Assembly (NCBI GenBank): GCA_947449945.1
Contig: CANFTO010000001.1
Location: forward strand, 1-56,397
DNA length: 56,397 nt
Direction: 5' to 3'
Source of the DNA: Actinomycetota bacterium
Lineage (GTDB): Bacteria > Actinomycetota > Actinomycetes > S36-B12
The translations under genes and the position numbers were made by a program. Below, in pieces: positions 1 to 9,553 of this stretch; within the stretch, counting starts at the first letter, position 1, and the number at the start of each line of letters is the position of its first letter. The notes under the pieces are model-generated. The model did no database searches. It saw only the letters and a program-made list of their open reading frames with translations, and was not told the origin of the DNA.

Positions 1-350
1 AGAGCCGGCACCTCAATATTTTCTACATTTTCATGCACGATGCGCTGAGCAAGAAAAGTGAGATGCGGTGGCCTTAAATATGAAACTCGAAGCCCGTTAA
101 TAGAAGCTGGAAGATCCGCAACAAGGTTAGTCGCGGGATCAAATATTGGGGTAAGCGTTGCCCAGCGACGAATGCGCTTTGATTGACGTTCTTCCTCGCT
201 TGCCTGATCCCACAATTGAGTGAAGGATTCTGGGAATCGTGATTCGCTTACGGTAAATACGTTATAGGCGGCGTCGCTCTTGCTGTGATCACCAAGACGA
301 AGCGATCCTTGTGGAGCTGGCTTTGCTCGTCTAAATAAGCCCATAGTCAT
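1..350 (-). CDS. hypothetical protein, N-terminal part only (ORF runs off the left edge)
   Basis: My manual translation of the minus strand gives an open frame from ATG at 350 (or 344) to position 1: MTMGLFRRAKPAPQG...NVENIEVPA. It is not in the ORF track because no stop lies inside the window. I recognised no family motif. Confidence 0.35.
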   Translation of the reverse strand, partial: MTMGLFRRAKPAPQGSLRLGDHSKSDAAYNVFTVSESRFPESFTQLWDQASEEERQSKRIRRWATLTPIFDPATNLVADLPASINGLRVSYLRPPHLTFLAQRIVHENVENIEVPA

Positions 351-559
351 GAAGCGTAATGGCCGATGTAGAGCCTCTAGATTCGCGTGCCTCGATAGTG
401 GTGTGAGGCAAAGGCTGCTTTCAGGTGCCCATGGAACTATTTCAAAGCGGCACTGGCTCCCCAGCGATTCGAACTGAGAGATTCTGTGATGGCACTGAAG
501 GTAACTGTGCTTCCATCTGGCAGACTATGAGCGGCTTGTACAAGCCTAGTTCGAGGCGA

Positions 560-1621
560 ATGCCTTCTTGTGTGAGCCGCGAAGGGAAGGCCAGCGTGAG
601 TCACGCTGACGTGCGTGTCGGTCTCTTGGCTTATGGCCAAATTGGGCACGAACATAATCTTGCAGTTCAAGGCACTGATGGGCTTCAGCTCGTCGCAGTC
701 TGTGATCAAAATCCTGAACGGTTGCGCGCAGCGCAAGAACTCGCACCTGGCATTTCAGTGTTTACGGATGCACAAGAAATGCTCGACTCTGGGTTGCTAG
801 ACCTGGTCATCATTTCCACGCCACCGAATAGTCATTTTGATTGGGCAATGTCCGCGCTCAGCCGTGGGTTGCACGTTGTCGTGGAAAAGCCAATGGCACT
901 TACAGCAGGTGAGTGTGATGAGTTGATGGCTCAAGCGAATGCAGCTAATTTATTGATGGTCGTGTATCAAAACCGACGATTCGATGCTGATTACGTAACG
1001 ATGGCATCGCTCATCAGATCCGGCGCGATTGGTGAGGTTTTTCACTACGAATCATTTGTTGGCGGGTACACCGAACCATGTCGACATTGGCATACGGATG
1101 TCGAAATCTCTGGTGGAGCAATCTTTGACTGGGGCAGTCATTTTCTCGATCAGATTCTGACACTCTTCCCATCGAAGGTTGCTTTCGTTTCAGGTGTAAA
1201 TCACAAGCGTCATTGGGATTTTGTGACGAATGCTGATCATGCCCACGTCACAGTTACCTTCGCTGATGGAACTCAAGCAACGTTTATTCATTCAGATCTT
1301 GCAGCAGCGCGAAAGCCAAAGTTTTATGCACTGGGTACGCAAGGGGCAATTATCGGCGAGTGGGATCTGCGCGCGGAGCCTAAGGTCGCAGACCTACCTG
1401 CAATTCTCACCTTGCACCATCCTGACGGAACGAGCGAGCCCGTTGATTTGTTAACTGTTCCTGAATTTGCGTTCCACTCATCAATAGTTGAGTACCTTCG
1501 GAGTAATTCAGTGATGTCAGTGACTGCTCAGCAGTCGCGAGATGTCGTTGCTGTGATGGAAGCCGCTGAACAGTCAGCAAAAATAAATGGATTCCCAGTA
1601 ACCCCAGAATTACTTCGATGA
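560..1621 (+). CDS. Gfo/Idh/MocA family NAD(P)-dependent oxidoreductase
   Basis: ORF 425..1621. The N-terminal Rossmann strand VRVGLLAYGQIG, then EKP and the C-terminal alpha/beta domain, are typical of the family. I chose ATG 560, which follows GAGG. GTG 611 is an alternative, and the 425 start looks like an over-extension. Confidence 0.85.
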   Translation: MPSCVSREGKASVSHADVRVGLLAYGQIGHEHNLAVQGTDGLQLVAVCDQNPERLRAAQELAPGISVFTDAQEMLDSGLLDLVIISTPPNSHFDWAMSALSRGLHVVVEKPMALTAGECDELMAQANAANLLMVVYQNRRFDADYVTMASLIRSGAIGEVFHYESFVGGYTEPCRHWHTDVEISGGAIFDWGSHFLDQILTLFPSKVAFVSGVNHKRHWDFVTNADHAHVTVTFADGTQATFIHSDLAAARKPKFYALGTQGAIIGEWDLRAEPKVADLPAILTLHHPDGTSEPVDLLTVPEFAFHSSIVEYLRSNSVMSVTAQQSRDVVAVMEAAEQSAKINGFPVTPELLR

Positions 1622-2562
1622 CGAATGTTCGCTGGGGCTTTATTGGCGCTGGGGCGATCGCCAAGTCAGCTCTTGCCGGTGCTGTTCATCAGGCAAAGAA
1701 CGCTGACCTTTATGCGGTTGCCAGCCGTGATTGCGCGAGATCAGCAGCTCTCCAGTCGACTGCAATTTATGACTCGTATGAAGATTTGCTCAAAGATCCT
1801 CTAGTCGATTCGGTCTACATCTCGCTTGCGAATCACCAGCACTATGAGTGGGTCATTCGCAGCCTTGAAGCGGGAAAGCATGTGTTGTGCGAGAAGCCAT
1901 TGGGACTCAACCCACATGAAGTAGCCATGATGATGGCGAAAGCAAGGGAAGCTCAACTCCTGTTAGTTGAAGCAGCATGGACGCGATGGCATCCAAGGTT
2001 TCAGCGCATCGTTGATGTGGTCAATTCGGGAAGTTTGGGAGACTTAGAAAAAATCACTTCATCCTTCACGTTCGAAGGGAACATTGACGGTAATTACCGA
2101 GCAGATCCCCTGATGGGCGGTGGAGCTCTTCTTGATGTTGGTGTCTACGAAATTCATTCTTGGGTTGCGCTGGTTGGCCGCAAACAGGAATTCGAAGTTA
2201 TAGACATTGAGCGCGTGTTAGGCGACACCGGCATTGACCTGACCACAGGCGTGAGGGGTCGTTTTTCTCAAGGATCTGCCATTGACTCGTTGAGTTCCTT
2301 CATCCAACCAGAACGTCAAAAGCTCGAATTGCTTGGAAATCACGGGCATGCGTCTATGCAAGGCAATGAAGCCTTTACTTCATGGAAATCGGAAAGTTCA
2401 TTGTCTCTGAATGGGCGAGATGAAGTATTTGCATCCGTTGATGCCTACCAGCTAATGGTGGAGCACGTAAGTGCCGCGATTCGAAAAGAAGAAGCATGGG
2501 TTGTTCCGATTGAGGATTCCCTGCGTGTGTCGCAGCTCATCGAGCAAATAACTCAAAGCTAA
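1618..2562 (+). CDS. Gfo/Idh/MocA family oxidoreductase
   Basis: VRWGFIGAGAIA Rossmann motif and the CEKP motif. ATGA start/stop overlap with the upstream paralogous gene. Confidence 0.85.
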   Translation: MTNVRWGFIGAGAIAKSALAGAVHQAKNADLYAVASRDCARSAALQSTAIYDSYEDLLKDPLVDSVYISLANHQHYEWVIRSLEAGKHVLCEKPLGLNPHEVAMMMAKAREAQLLLVEAAWTRWHPRFQRIVDVVNSGSLGDLEKITSSFTFEGNIDGNYRADPLMGGGALLDVGVYEIHSWVALVGRKQEFEVIDIERVLGDTGIDLTTGVRGRFSQGSAIDSLSSFIQPERQKLELLGNHGHASMQGNEAFTSWKSESSLSLNGRDEVFASVDAYQLMVEHVSAAIRKEEAWVVPIEDSLRVSQLIEQITQS

Positions 2563-2581
2563 TAAAAGTAAATCAACGGCT

Positions 2582-3820
2582 TCACACCTGAGCTAAATCG
2601 CCATCTGATGTACGTGCAGCGGCTTTCGTCGCTACCCTTTTGAAGGTATAGAACATCGGAAGGGCAAGCGCCAGCAAGAGAGTCGCTGCTATAGGGAACA
2701 CCGCATTGAATCCAATATGCGCGGCAGCAATTCCACCCAGGGCCGGACCAAGGGAGGAAGAAAGCGACATCACACTTTGGTATAGGCCAAACATTGAACT
2801 CAGCGCCGCTGCGGAAACCAATGCAGGTAGTAACGTGACCGAGCAAGTTTGCAGCAATCCTTGGAAAAGCGACATGAGGACAACAAGCACAGCGAGTATG
2901 CCCACGCCTTTCACAAAACCCATCGGGAAGAGGAATGCAGCGACACCTAAAATCGCAACTGGCATCACGATCAAGTTGCCCACGCGCGTGATGAGGCGCC
3001 CAGCATAGATTGCTGCGATTGCACTTGAGGCAGAGATGCCGAAGAACATTAGGCCAACAGTCACGGTTGGATTGGTGCCCGCGGGAAGAAGCGTCACGAC
3101 ATAAGGTGAAAGAATTGGTTGGATCAGAGGCCCGGCGAAACTTACGCACATCACCAATCCCAGAGCGGCCCAAACAATTGGTGTTCGAAGCACGGAACCC
3201 ATGCCACGTCTTTCTTTTGAATGTGCTGGCGCCAATGCCGCGCGAGGCTCACGAATCATTATCATGACTACAGCGGCACCGGAAAACATCAACACGCCTG
3301 CGGTGATGAACGTTGTGCGGTAACCCCATAAGGCGACGAACCCAATAGAAATTAACGGGCCAATCGCGGACCCACCGAGAATCGATGCTTGAATTCGCCC
3401 AAGTGCTTTGGGTAGAACTTCAACTGGTGTGCCTGCTGCTACGAGTGCCATCGCCGCAGCAGGGGCGCCAGCCATGATTCCGATAAACAATCGAATCGCA
3501 ACCACTTGCCATGCTGTCGTCACAAACCCCAACAAGAGAAGCCCGGTTGCACCGCCTAAACAGGCGCGAACCAGCATGGGCTTGCGACCCCAACGATCAC
3601 CGGCCATTCCCCAGAACGGTCCAGAGCAAAATGCACCGATTCCTTGCAGTGCCGCTGCGATACCTGCCCACATGGCTGCATCTGCCAGGCTCATCCCATC
3701 GATTTTTGCGATGTAGAGAGGAAGAAAGGGATTCGTAAAAGCAAAGGTGATGCACAGTAAGAAGACAGCAAGAACTGCAGCAAAGTTATTGCGTTGCCAG
3801 TTGAGCGAACCTTCACTCAT
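2582..3820 (-). CDS. MFS transporter
   Basis: 412 aa and about 12 hydrophobic segments. It has the GDRWGRKP loop motif between TM2 and TM3. Confidence 0.85.
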   Translation of the reverse strand: MSEGSLNWQRNNFAAVLAVFLLCITFAFTNPFLPLYIAKIDGMSLADAAMWAGIAAALQGIGAFCSGPFWGMAGDRWGRKPMLVRACLGGATGLLLLGFVTTAWQVVAIRLFIGIMAGAPAAAMALVAAGTPVEVLPKALGRIQASILGGSAIGPLISIGFVALWGYRTTFITAGVLMFSGAAVVMIMIREPRAALAPAHSKERRGMGSVLRTPIVWAALGLVMCVSFAGPLIQPILSPYVVTLLPAGTNPTVTVGLMFFGISASSAIAAIYAGRLITRVGNLIVMPVAILGVAAFLFPMGFVKGVGILAVLVVLMSLFQGLLQTCSVTLLPALVSAAALSSMFGLYQSVMSLSSSLGPALGGIAAAHIGFNAVFPIAATLLLALALPMFYTFKRVATKAAARTSDGDLAQV

Positions 3821-3850
3821 GAATGAAACCAGTCTGCTCTCTCTTGGGAT

Positions 3851-5068
3851 TTACGCGATAATTCGTGAAGCTCGTAATTCTTGAATCCGTGTTGCGTTAA
3901 GACCAACAATGTCAGTCAGGATTTCGTCAGTGTGCTGACCAAAATCAGGGGCTGGATTTCCCGGACCGGCATCTTCGTCAAACATTACTGGTGGCATCAC
4001 CACAACTGGAGTGCCCGGTTCATTGGTAGGCACACGAACCATGCCGTTGGCTTGTGCCATTGGGTCGTGGAACATTTCTTCGGCATTTTGTACGGGAGCC
4101 CACACACCTTTGGATGGCAGCAGGATGCTCTTCCACTCATCCAATGTTTTCGTGGCGAATACTCCATCGAGTATTGCCATCAAAGCTTGGGAATTTTCAA
4201 CACGATTGGCAGTTGAGTTAAAGCGTGGATCAGTTATGAGTTCTTCCCGGTTAATGAGACGTGCGAGATCCTCAAATTCATCTTGATGGTCGCCAAGAAA
4301 TGACATGTAGATGTAGCGACTATCGCCGGTTTTGTAATTGGTGCCAGACCATTGACTGGTAGTGCGGTCAATAAATTGGCCAAGCATGCCTGCGCCAGGA
4401 GCCAACTGAGCGCCAATAATTGCTGGACCGTTGAACCATGCAGCCGTTCCCATAAGTGAGGAATCAACAACTGCAGCTTTTCCAGTGCGTTCACGCTTGA
4501 GTAGTGCTGCGCAGATACCACCAGCGAAGACGAGCCCCGACATTCCGTCACCATGGCCAACCATTCCAGGAGGGGTGTCGGTGCGTGTCACCTGCATCGC
4601 GGTTTGTGAAAGCGAACCTCGAGACCACCAGCTGGCAGCGTCATAACCACCGCGCATGTTTTCTGGGCCTAAGGGACCAGCGCCTGTGCCCTTTGCATAA
4701 ATAAGATTCGGATTAATCTTCTTGAGATCCTCGACATCAAATCCGAGTTTGCTTCGCGTCTTAGGGAGGAAACTGGTGATGAAAACATCTGACTTCTTCA
4801 CGAGTTCGTACAACATTTCGCGACCTTCATCGCTGGCGAGGTTCAAGGCGATAGAGCGCTTACCCCGGTTGTAGTGCTTGAACATCCAGGCGGCGCCGCC
4901 TGGCTCCAATGTTCCGCCCGAGAACAAGCGCATTGGATCTGGAGAGTTCGGATTCTCGATGTGAATGACATCTGCACCCCACTCAGCCAAGACTCGGGCA
5001 GCTGAGGGGCAAAAAGCCCACATGGTCAGATCGAGTACACGGATTCCTTCAAGCATGCCGTCGTTCAT
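3851..5068 (-). CDS. CaiB/BaiF family (type III) CoA-transferase
   Basis: LEGIRVLDLT...GADVIHIENP N-terminal signature. I trimmed the start to ATG 5068, which follows AGGAG. The track ORF extends to 5131. Confidence 0.85.
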   Translation of the reverse strand: MNDGMLEGIRVLDLTMWAFCPSAARVLAEWGADVIHIENPNSPDPMRLFSGGTLEPGGAAWMFKHYNRGKRSIALNLASDEGREMLYELVKKSDVFITSFLPKTRSKLGFDVEDLKKINPNLIYAKGTGAGPLGPENMRGGYDAASWWSRGSLSQTAMQVTRTDTPPGMVGHGDGMSGLVFAGGICAALLKRERTGKAAVVDSSLMGTAAWFNGPAIIGAQLAPGAGMLGQFIDRTTSQWSGTNYKTGDSRYIYMSFLGDHQDEFEDLARLINREELITDPRFNSTANRVENSQALMAILDGVFATKTLDEWKSILLPSKGVWAPVQNAEEMFHDPMAQANGMVRVPTNEPGTPVVVMPPVMFDEDAGPGNPAPDFGQHTDEILTDIVGLNATRIQELRASRIIA

Positions 5069-5293
5069 GAGCTCTCCTGTTGACGTAGCAGTTGACACGC
5101 AGCTTTGATGCTTAACATCAAATGCGCCCACTACTGAACATAGGTTCCTTGAGTGCCAGGAGCAACCGGAATTGGCATATTGGTCGTTTCTCCTACCGGG
5201 TAATTGGACCGTAGACGGCGACTTGCGTCGCTGTTCACGATTGTCAGGATTCTGCGCAGCTAAACTTCGAGTCGATCAGGGGAAGGCTCATCA

Positions 5294-6520
5294 ATGACCA
5301 CGCTGTCACAAGGTGACGTCATGTTGGCAATTGTGCTTGTCTTTGGAATTGCAACGGTGTGCCAAGTTATCGCACCGAAGTTGCGAATTCCCGCACTGAT
5401 CTTACTTTTGCCTGCTGGGTTTATTTTTGGACTTATTGCTCCGCAATTCCATATGGATCAGGTTCTTGGTCCCGCGTTTCCCGTGGTTGTTGATCTCATG
5501 GTTGCGGTCATTCTTTTTCAAGGTGGAATGAATTTGGGTTCGATCAAACTCGATGCGCTTGATCGTGGAGTCGTAAGGCGACTGATTTGGATCGGTAGTC
5601 CGATCACTTGCATCGGAGGTACTCTCGCAGCGCATTACTTCATAGGAATGCCGTGGCCTCTCGCTTTTCTCTTAGGTGCCATTTTGATTGTCTCCGGACC
5701 AACAGTTGTGACTCCAATTCTTGATTTTTCACATCCGAAAGCACGCGTTCGGCGCATTTTGCTTTGGGAGGGAACGACACTGGACCCTCTCGGGGCGATC
5801 TTCGCTGTTGTGGTGTTTCAAATAGTGCGCGTCAGCGATTTCAGTCAGCCGCTGAGAGCAGTTGGAGAATTTCTGGGAAGCATTTTCATCGCTGTTCTTG
5901 CAGCTATCGGCGGAGTGTTTGTCGCAGTGCTTGGAAGCAAGCTGGTGCATGGCAATAATCTTCTGGGCACGCAGGTGCTCATTGGTTCGGTCCTCGTTGC
6001 TACAGGAGTTTCGAATTACTTCGCGAATGGCAGCGGATTACTAGCAGCATTGCTAATTGGAATAGTGGCTCAACCTTTGTCTCATCGCATGAATACGACG
6101 CTTGATCCGGTCATGCCTTTCTTTAACACCATCACGTCTATTGGGATAGGTGTGCTTTTCGTGAGTATTACTGCTCTCGTGCCCTCACCGGAATTTGGGG
6201 TGGTTGTCGTTTCAGCCATTGCGGTATCGCTCGTGCTTATCGCTGTTGTGCGACCTGTGGTTGCATTGCTTCTGACACGTAAAGCAGGTCTGGCTTTCGG
6301 CGAGCGGGCCTTCATTGGATGGATGGATCCACGGGGAATCGTTGCAGCTGCAACTGCTTCAAGTGTGGGTGCGTCGCTTGTTGCAGCGAAAGTCCCCGGC
6401 GCTCAAGCGCTGCTGCCGTCAGCCTTTGTGATTATTGCGGTGACAGTGTTTGTGTATGGCCTAACTGCGGTTCCGGTGGCCAAGGCATTGCGGGTGCGCG
6501 ACGAGGTCTCTGCGGATTAG
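5294..6520 (+). CDS. cation:proton antiporter (Na+/H+ exchanger family)
   Basis: 408 aa polytopic membrane protein with an N-terminus and TM pattern typical of the CPA1 family. GGGGAAGG lies upstream of the ATG. Confidence 0.75.
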   Translation: MTTLSQGDVMLAIVLVFGIATVCQVIAPKLRIPALILLLPAGFIFGLIAPQFHMDQVLGPAFPVVVDLMVAVILFQGGMNLGSIKLDALDRGVVRRLIWIGSPITCIGGTLAAHYFIGMPWPLAFLLGAILIVSGPTVVTPILDFSHPKARVRRILLWEGTTLDPLGAIFAVVVFQIVRVSDFSQPLRAVGEFLGSIFIAVLAAIGGVFVAVLGSKLVHGNNLLGTQVLIGSVLVATGVSNYFANGSGLLAALLIGIVAQPLSHRMNTTLDPVMPFFNTITSIGIGVLFVSITALVPSPEFGVVVVSAIAVSLVLIAVVRPVVALLLTRKAGLAFGERAFIGWMDPRGIVAAATASSVGASLVAAKVPGAQALLPSAFVIIAVTVFVYGLTAVPVAKALRVRDEVSAD

Positions 6521-7275
6521 CTTTTCGCGTTGCTGAGGGCGATCTGATCAGTGAGTTTCAGAATTCGATTCCATACATCCGCGCACACGTCGTGCCATTC
6601 GTCAAAGGCGCGGTCAAAAAAGGAGTGCGGCGCCCCGTCGTAGACGACAGTTTCCACTTCTGCCCCACCAAGTCGCATTTCTTCAGCGAGGGCGAGTTGA
6701 TCTTCGACGGGAGTGAAATCGGCACCGGCAATAAACATGATGGTGTGTTTCTTTGAGTGCTTAGCGGCTCGCCCAACCGTGTCAGGTCGTCCATAGAAAC
6801 CAACAACAGCTGACAGATCAAGATCGCTTGAGGCCTGACGCCATACCTGACCGCCGCCAAAGCAGAAACCCACGGTAATGATCGGAAGTTGAGTCCCGTG
6901 CTGCTGACGTAAGTACTCCATCGCCGATTGAGTCTCGGCATTTACTTGAGTGGAAGTCGCGTCTTTGATGTGGGTTTCCCAATCGAAATCTTCTGGGCGC
7001 CAGCCACTTTCAGTCATCCCAGCAGTGCGTGCAAAGTAATCAATTGCAACAGCAGCAAGCCCTGCTTCTGCAAAGCGCTCAGCTAGAGCTCCATAAAACG
7101 GATGCAAACCGCGTACATCCGGAAGAATGACGACTCCAACCTTTGGGTCCCCAGAAGTGGCATAGAAGGCCGAGAAGTTTGTTCCATCTGCGCTCTTCAG
7201 TGTGAGTCCTCGGCGCTCCTTTACGGGAGTTGAGCGCGGCGGTGCTGGTGGCCGGCTGGCATCGTCATGGCACAT
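6517..7275 (-). CDS. dienelactone hydrolase family protein
   Basis: GVVILPDVRGLHPFY and GFCFGG nucleophile-elbow-like motifs. The stop overlaps the convergent antiporter stop by 4 nt. Confidence 0.8.
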   Translation of the reverse strand: MCHDDASRPPAPPRSTPVKERRGLTLKSADGTNFSAFYATSGDPKVGVVILPDVRGLHPFYGALAERFAEAGLAAVAIDYFARTAGMTESGWRPEDFDWETHIKDATSTQVNAETQSAMEYLRQQHGTQLPIITVGFCFGGGQVWRQASSDLDLSAVVGFYGRPDTVGRAAKHSKKHTIMFIAGADFTPVEDQLALAEEMRLGGAEVETVVYDGAPHSFFDRAFDEWHDVCADVWNRILKLTDQIALSNAKS

Positions 7276-7308
7276 ATTTGTGATGTTACTTGCAACTCTT
7301 GTGTCAGT

Positions 7309-7863
7309 CTATTGAATTTCCGCAATTCGCTCGGCTGCTATATCTCGCAGCAGTTTCTTATCGACTTTCCAATCAACGGGAACCTTGAAAGTTTTCTTCA
7401 GAACTTCGTAGTCCTCTAGTCGAGCCTTGAACAGGTTAAGGACAGTAGGGTTTGTTGGCGCGAGAAGGATGTGCTTGGTATGCACCGAGAGCCCGAACAC
7501 ATATTGATCACCAAGTTTGAGCATTGGCTGATTCCAGGCAATGACGAGTTCAAGTTTTGGATATTTGGACGTGATTGCATCAAAGATATTTCGCACAGTG
7601 GCGCATTTGGTTTCGTCAAATGGCTTGAGGTAGTCATCAAGGGTATTGAAACGTTTTGTTGTTCTCGATCCACGGCTATACATCACGAGTGCATTGGCAT
7701 GAGCCTGGCTGAACCCGTGTTCCTCTTTGAGGAAGTCGATCTGCTCAGGGTATTTCCATTGGGAACGCTCTGCCATTTGGTCAAACCAGTAGGTCATCGG
7801 TTGACCGTACTTCTTCTCAATTGCAGGGAAGTGAGACTCCCTATCTGAACTCTTCGCAACCAT
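7309..7863 (-). CDS. DUF4287 / DUF1801 (YdhG-like) two-domain protein
   Basis: HFPAIEKKYGQP...EHGFSQAHANALV is the DUF4287 signature, and the C-terminal half looks YdhG-like. I trimmed the start to ATG 7863; the track gives 7911. Confidence 0.6.
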   Translation of the reverse strand: MVAKSSDRESHFPAIEKKYGQPMTYWFDQMAERSQWKYPEQIDFLKEEHGFSQAHANALVMYSRGSRTTKRFNTLDDYLKPFDETKCATVRNIFDAITSKYPKLELVIAWNQPMLKLGDQYVFGLSVHTKHILLAPTNPTVLNLFKARLEDYEVLKKTFKVPVDWKVDKKLLRDIAAERIAEIQ

Positions 7864-7913
7864 GGCGGAAATTCTAATTCCTAGGCCTGCGTCTACTGAT
7901 ACGTTCATCAATC

Positions 7914-8714
7914 ATGACGACCCAAGCACTGTTCACTCGTGACGGGGAGTGGTTTAACCCCACTGCATTCACCACTGGGCCTTGGCGGCCCGATGCCATG
8001 CATGGAGGCCCCCCTTCTGCGCTGCTTGGTCTGGCAATTCACGATGCGCTAGGTGAGGGTTATCGCGTAGCTCGCATCAATATTGACCTCGAAAAGCCTG
8101 TGCCGCTTGTTCCGTTGCGAACGTCCGTGACCGTTCGTCAGGTATCGCGCCGGGTTACGCATCTCTTTCTGGAACTGCTCACCGACACGAACGTCGTCGC
8201 GACTGCACGCGCGTTGGTTCTTCAGGAAGACGATCCGGTATCTACAGTCGAACGGGATCTGCCTACCGCTCCACCACGTACCGGACCAGACGGTGCCTCA
8301 CGTGGCGGCGATGCACCGCATGATTCAGCTCTCATTTTTCATCGCGATGCGATCGAGGCTCGATTTACCAAAGGCGATTGGGCAATCCCTGGATCGGCTG
8401 ATGCCTGGATGCGGTTGACCGTGCCGTTGGTGCCGGGCGAAGAAACCCCAGCACTCTGTGAACTCTTGGCAGTGGCTGACTTTGGTTCGCCCCTTGGCCA
8501 GGCTGTTGCACCGGATGCTGGAATTGCGATGATCAACGTTGATGTGAACGTGACCCTGTCAGGTACGCCCGTCGGGCCGTGGTTCCACCTCACGACACAA
8601 GGAACGATTAGCAAGCACGGCATTGGTCTTGCAGTCACAAATCTTGCCGACGAACAGGGTTACCTGGGCGTCATCACACAAAGTCAACTCACACAGAAAT
8701 ATGGGCGCAACTGA
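7914..8714 (+). CDS. thioesterase family protein (TesB-like double hot-dog)
   Basis: FTTGPWRPDAMHGGPPSALLG motif and about 266 aa, typical of acyl-CoA-thioesterase-like proteins. Confidence 0.6.
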   Translation: MTTQALFTRDGEWFNPTAFTTGPWRPDAMHGGPPSALLGLAIHDALGEGYRVARINIDLEKPVPLVPLRTSVTVRQVSRRVTHLFLELLTDTNVVATARALVLQEDDPVSTVERDLPTAPPRTGPDGASRGGDAPHDSALIFHRDAIEARFTKGDWAIPGSADAWMRLTVPLVPGEETPALCELLAVADFGSPLGQAVAPDAGIAMINVDVNVTLSGTPVGPWFHLTTQGTISKHGIGLAVTNLADEQGYLGVITQSQLTQKYGRN

Positions 8715-9541
8715 TGGCTGACACCTTGCTGAGCAATTACGACGATCTTGTTGCCACTGTGCGCAGTGAGTATTCGAATTTCCGCGATCTTGGCGGTGTG
8801 GCAGCACGTGATAACCGAACCTTCGCACAAGGTGTCGTGTTTCGAACCCAGGCTCTCGTAGACCCGGCACCAGCGGTACTTGATGCGTTGCTTGAGCTGG
8901 ACCTCTGTGCAGTTGTCGATTTGCGCATGGATCACGAACGTGAAGAGTTGCAGATCGATCTACCAGCTTCAATTGAAGTTGTGGTTGCAAATGTCGCAGG
9001 AGACATGGCTAGGAAGAATGTCGTGACCCAAGCAGGCGCCGCTGCCGCTCCTCGCCGCTTAGACAAAAATGCCTATGTTCCATCCGCTAATCTTTCCGGC
9101 GGCTACAACATGATGATGGAGATGTATCGCAATTTAGTGAATATGGATTCCGCGAAACGTGGCTATTCACAGATGCTGCGTTCCCTGATTAATGCGGAAG
9201 GTGCAGTCGCCGTGTTTTGCGCGGCCGGTAAGGATCGAACAGGGTGGGGTGCGGCGCTCATCCAAAGTTTCGCCGGCGTTTCGGAGGATGTCATCACTTC
9301 CTCATATCTTGAAACGAACCAAAATCTCATTGATCGGTATGCAAGTGCGATTGAAGACGTAAAGAACTCTGGCGGAGATGTTGAAGCATTTATGGCAGTG
9401 GTGAGTTCGAACTCTGACTACCTTGCCGAAGCATTCGCAACAGTTCAATCTACGTATGGCGGTATTGATGCGTATTTCATTCAGGGATTGGGTTTGAATG
9501 AAAACGAACTTGCTCTACTGGAAAGTCGTTTGCTTTCCTAG
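8714..9541 (+). CDS. tyrosine-protein phosphatase (Y_phosphatase3-like)
   Basis: CX5R P-loop CAAGKDRTG. The start overlaps the upstream stop (TGATG). Confidence 0.8.
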   Translation: MADTLLSNYDDLVATVRSEYSNFRDLGGVAARDNRTFAQGVVFRTQALVDPAPAVLDALLELDLCAVVDLRMDHEREELQIDLPASIEVVVANVAGDMARKNVVTQAGAAAAPRRLDKNAYVPSANLSGGYNMMMEMYRNLVNMDSAKRGYSQMLRSLINAEGAVAVFCAAGKDRTGWGAALIQSFAGVSEDVITSSYLETNQNLIDRYASAIEDVKNSGGDVEAFMAVVSSNSDYLAEAFATVQSTYGGIDAYFIQGLGLNENELALLESRLLS

Positions 9542-9553
9542 ATAATGCAGGCT

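Noticed and set aside
455-480. GATTCGAAC, which is the reverse complement of a tRNA T-loop-like GTTCGAATC.
   Set aside because: The flanking bases do not form a T-stem, and no acceptor or anticodon arms can be drawn. I saw no tRNA elsewhere either.
425-559. Long N-terminal extensions in the ORF track. Examples start at 425, 5131, 7911, 10615, 15623, 16205, 17728, 26881, 32960, 47710 and 48843.
   Set aside because: The track reports the longest ORF including GTG and TTG starts. Family N-termini, SD-like sequences and neighbouring stop positions support internal starts. The exact starts remain uncertain without comparative data.
2559-3173. 204-aa minus-strand ORF overlapping the MFS gene in another frame.
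   Set aside because: Its Cys/Arg-rich composition is typical of an off-frame read-through of a real gene, and the MFS frame explains the region.
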